From contig NC_086109.1 in NCBI RefSeq assembly GCF_963921235.1, positions 11,594,001 through 11,658,000 of the forward strand: a DNA stretch of 64,000 bases. The letters run 5' to 3'. The notes beneath the pieces were generated by a model that made no database searches, was not told the DNA's origin, and was given only the letters and a program-made list of their open reading frames with translations. Positions 59,737 through 64,000 of this stretch are shown here, one piece after another (the first letter of the stretch is position 1; every line of letters begins with the position of its first letter). The DNA is from Mobula hypostoma. Lineage: Eukaryota. Position numbers and translations under genes: made by a program.

Positions 59737-59871
59737 ACTTCAGTTGCCTTAGATCAGTTGGGTCTCTGTGTTATTTTTGAGTTTTCCAGTTCTTTATTTA
59801 ATAAGCACAAGAGGGGATCAATTCTGCTTTTGCCATGACGTATATGCTGTTGTGCTAGCAACCTTTGGTGT

Positions 59872-59886
59872 CTCACTTCCTGACTC
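59872..59886 (-). promoter_or_regulatory. Conserved ETS-type promoter element GAGTCAGGAAGTGAG (gene B)
   Basis: Identical 15-mer at the equivalent distance from the gene B ATG, while the flanks have diverged. Confidence 0.55.
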
Positions 59887-59989
59887 GCCAACCAGTCAAT
59901 TGCAGACAATGCAGCAGTTAGGACCGTGTCAGAATATTTTTCTATTCCCTTGGATTTGTTCAGCTTCAAGCATTCAGGCGTCATGGAAG

Positions 59990-60490
59990 GAAAGAGGAGA
60001 GAACGCGCACCAGTCCTCACATAGGGCACAGCAGTGGAAAGGCATAGCGGCTTCATAAGTTCCTCGGTGTCAACGCCTCTGACTGGTATGGAGAGGACAT
60101 TGCACAGGACTGGTAAAAGCTGCAGAACGTTGCAAACTCAGCAAGCACTGTCATTACACCCGCCTTCCCTGCATCGACGACATCTTCAAAAGGCGATGCC
60201 TCAAAAAGGCGACTTCCATCATTACGGACCCCCATCACCCAGAACGTGCCCTCTTCCCATTGTTACCATCATGGAGTAGTTACTGGAGCCTCACTGAACA
60301 CACTAGAAACACTTTCTTCCTTTCCAACATCAGATTTCTGGTGAACACTACCTCACTATTTTGCTTTATTTCCCTACTTAATTTTCTTTTGACAAGTTAC
60401 TTTTTATTTTGAGGTACTGCACTGCACTGCTGCTGAAAAGGTACAAATTTCATGAGAGAGGTCAGTGATATTAAACCTGATTCTGATTTT
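59990..60490 (+). mobile_element. Rex1/Babar 3' fragment
   Basis: tctgactggtatggag..catcttcaaaaggcgatgcctcaaaaaggc..cccatcacccag; aaacctgattctgatt tail. Confidence 0.6.
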
Positions 60491-60914
60491 CATTCTGATT
60501 CAGATTCATTTTGCAGAATCTCAATGTCATCCAGGAGAAGTTTTCTCGTGTGACTGACTCTCCAACCACCGTCCTAAACATTCCCTTTTTTGCAGAGCTG
60601 ACCCACTGTGACTACAGTGTGTTTCTTTTTCATAATGTACAGCACCATCTCTTCCAGGCTTCCTCAACGTCTGATCTGGAAATGATTCTGTTATCATGGC
60701 TCTGATCTCCCTTCAGTTTACTGTTCCATTCAGTCCTGTCCCACAGAGATTGTCCCATTCCCTGCAGCCTTGAAGTAATATGCAATCCTGCTGCCTGTGC
60801 CCTAGACTATACCATCTAAACACAACTACATTGTGACTTGTGACTGGACTTTGATTTATTTGACCACATTTCTCCACATCAGCTCAGTTCCAACATACTT
60901 TCACAGATGGTTGT

Positions 60915-63900
60915 AGAACATAGAACATAGAATAGTACAGCACAGTACAGGCCCTTCGGCCCACAATGTTGTGCCGACCCTCAAACCCTGCCTCCCATAT
61001 AAGCCCCCACCTTAGATTCCTCCATATACCTGTCTAGTAGTCTCTTAAACTTCACTAGTGTATCTGCCTCCACCACTGACTCAGACAGTGCATTCCACGC
61101 ACCAACCACTCCCTGAGTAAAAAAAACCTTCCTCTAATATCCCCCTTGAACTTCCTGCCCCTTACCTTAAAGCCATGTCCTCTTGTATTGAGCAGTGGTG
61201 CCCTGGGAAAGAGGTGCTGGCTATCCACTCTATCTATTCCTCTTATTATCTTGTACACCTCTATCATGTCTCCTCTCATCCTCCTTCTCTCTAAAGAGTA
61301 AAGCCCTAGCTCCCTTAATCTCTGATCATATTGCATACTTTCTAAACCAGGCAGCATCCTGGTAAATCTCCTCTGTACCCTTTCCAATGCTTCCACATCT
61401 TTCCTATAGTGAGGTGACCAGAACTGGACACAATACTCCAAGTGTGGCCTAACCAGAGTTTTATAGAGCTGCATCATTACATCGCGACTCTTAAACTCTA
61501 TCCCTCGACTTATGAAAGCTAACACCCCATAAGCTTTCTTATCTACCCTATCCACCTGTGAGGCAACTTTCAGGGATCTGTGGACATGTACCCCGAGATC
61601 CCTCTGCTCCTCCACACTACCAAGTATCCTGCCATTTACTTTGTACTCAGCCTTGGAGTTTGTCCTTCCAAAGTGTACCACCTCACACTTCTCCGGGTTG
61701 AATTCCATCTGCCACTTCTCAGCCCACTTCTGCATCCTATCAATGTCTCTCTGCAATCTTTGACAATCCTCTATACTATCTACAACACCACCAACCTTTG
61801 TGTCGTCTGCAAACTTGCCAACCCACCCTTCTACCCCCACATCCAGGTCGTTAATAAAAATCACGAAAAGTAGAGGTCCCACAACAGATCCTTGTGGGAC
61901 ACCACTAGTCACAATCCTCCAATCTGAATGTACTCCCTCCACCACCACCCTCTGCCTTCTGCAGGCAAGCCAATTCTGAATCCACCTGGCCAAAATTCCC
62001 TGAATCCCATGCTTTCTAACTTTCTGAATAAGCCTACCGTGTGGAACCTTGTCAAATGCCTTACTAAAATCCATATAGATCACATCCACTGCACTACCCT
62101 CATCTATATGCCTGGTCACCTCCTCAAAGAACTCTATCAGGCTTGTTAGACACGATCTGCCCTTCACAAAGCCATGCTGACTGTCCCTGATCAGACCATG
62201 ATTCTCTGAATGCCTATAGATCCTATCTCTAAGAATCTTTTCCAACAGCTTTCCCACCACAGACGTAAGGCTCATTGGTCTATAACTACCCGGACTATCC
62301 CTACTACCTTTTTTGAACAAGGGAACAACATTCGCCTCCCTCCAATCCTCCGGTACCATTCCCGTGGACAACGAGGACATAAAGATCCTAGCCAGAGGCT
62401 CAGCAATCTCTTCTCTCGCCTCGTGGAGCAGCCTGGGGAATATTCCGTCAGACCCCGGGGACTTATCTGTCCTAATGTATTTTAACAACTCCAACACCTC
62501 CTCTCCCTTAATATCAGCGTGCTCCAGAACATCAACCTCACTCATATTGTCCTCACCATCATCAAGTTCCCTCTCATTGGTGAATACCGAAGAGAAGTAT
62601 TCATTGAGGACCTCGCTCACTTCCACAGCCTCCAGGCACATCTTCCCACCTTTATCTCTAATTGGTCCTACCTTCACACCTGTCATCCTTTTTTTTTCTT
62701 CACATAATTGAAGAATGCCTTGGGGTTTTCATTTACCCTACTCGCCAAGGCCTTCTCATGCCCCCTTCTTGCTCTTCTCAGCCCCTTCTGAAGCTCCTTT
62801 CTTGCTTTCCTACATTCCTCAATAGACCCAGCTGATCCTTGCTTCCTAAACCTCATGTATGCTGCCTTCTTCCTCCTGACTAGATTTTCCACCTCACTTG
62901 TCACCCATGGTTCCTTCACCCTACCATTCTTTATCTTCCTCACCGGGACAAATTTATCCCTTACATCCCGCAAGAGATCTCTAAACATCGACCACATGTC
63001 CATAGTACATTTCCCTGCAAAAACATCATCCCAATTCACACCCGCAAGTTCTAACCTTATAGCCTCATAATTTGCCTTTCCCCAATTAAAAATTTTCCTG
63101 TCCTCTTTGATTCTATCCTTTTCCATGATAATTATAAGGCCAGGGAGCGGTGGTCACTGTCCCCCAGATGCTCACCCACTGAGAGATCTGTGACCTGACC
63201 CGGTTCATTACCTGGTACTAGATCTAGTATGGCATTCCCCCTGGTCGGCCTGTCCACATACTGTGAAAGGAATCCGTCCTGGACACACTTAACAAATTCT
63301 GCCCCATCTAAACCCTTGGAACTAATCAGGTGCCAATCAATATTAGGGAAGTTAAAGTCACCCATGATAACAACCCTGTTATTTTTGTACCTTTCTAAAA
63401 TCTGCCTCCCAATCTGCTCCTCTATCTCTGCTGCTACCAGGGGTTCTATAGAATACCCCCAGTAGAGTAACTGCTCCCTTCCTGTTCCTGACTTCCACCC
63501 ATATTGACTCAAAAGCGGATCCTGCTACATTACCCACCCTTTCTGTAGCTGTAATAGTATCCCTGACCAGTAATGCCACCCCTCGTCCCCTTTTTCCGCC
63601 CTCTCTATCCCTTTTAAAGCACTGAAATACAGGAATATTGAGAATCCATTCCTGCCCTGGTGCCAGCCAAGTCTCTGTAATGGCCACTACATCATAATTC
63701 CCTGTATGTATCCAAGCTCTCAGTTCATCACCTTTGTTCCTGATGCTTCTTGCATTGAGATACACACATTTCAGCCCTTCTACCTTACTGTCTTTACACC
63801 ATTTATTCTGCTTCTCTTTCCTCAAAGCCTCTCTGTATGTTAGATCTGGCTTTACTCCATGCACTTCTTTCACTGCTCTAGCGCTCTGGGTCCCATCCCC

Positions 63901-64000
63901 CTCACAAATTAGTTTAAACCCTCCCGAACCATGCTAGCAAACCTACCTGCAAGAATATTGCTCCGCCTCGAGTTCAGGTGCAACCCATCCAATCTGTACA
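60915..64000 (-). mobile_element. CR1 LINE (ORF2 nearly complete), continues beyond the window
   Basis: 543-aa RT ORF 61055-62686 plus endonuclease ORFs 62683-63873; (ctatgtt)n tail at 60915-60932. Confidence 0.95.

Noticed and set aside
1-64000. CRISPR arrays, operons, tRNA/rRNA genes or viral ORFs
   Set aside because: No regularly spaced repeats or operon-like ORF density; tRNA-like segments are SINE heads; all long ORFs are explained by retroelements.

Overview
Vertebrate genomic DNA, very probably a cartilaginous fish (inferred from the repeat complement: CR1, Rex1/Babar, Penelope-like elements with minimal hammerheads, V-SINEs). Most of the window is transposon debris. Inside it I reconstruct two paralogous minus-strand CD300/pIgR-like immunoglobulin-superfamily receptor genes by manual splice-site and phase analysis. 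Gene B (59736-43153) has one leader exon, three 324-nt phase 1-1 V-type Ig exons, a decayed fourth V, a Ser/Thr stalk, a TM exon with an Arg and a short tail. Its spliced CDS is 1392 nt (463 aa) and open. Gene A (37661-6418) has a leader, one V exon, a 24-kb transposon-filled intron, a TM exon and a tail. Its spliced CDS is 609 nt (202 aa) and open. Other notable signals are an HDV-like ribozyme with an unusual L3 insertion at the 5' end of a short retroposon, a Penelope-derived C-terminus in gene B, mosaic and hypervariable V loops, and a deeply nested Gypsy/LTR/CR1/L1 stack. No prokaryotic features, CRISPR arrays, rRNA or bona fide tRNA genes were seen. Repeat boundaries are approximate and all gene models are unverified by expression data.
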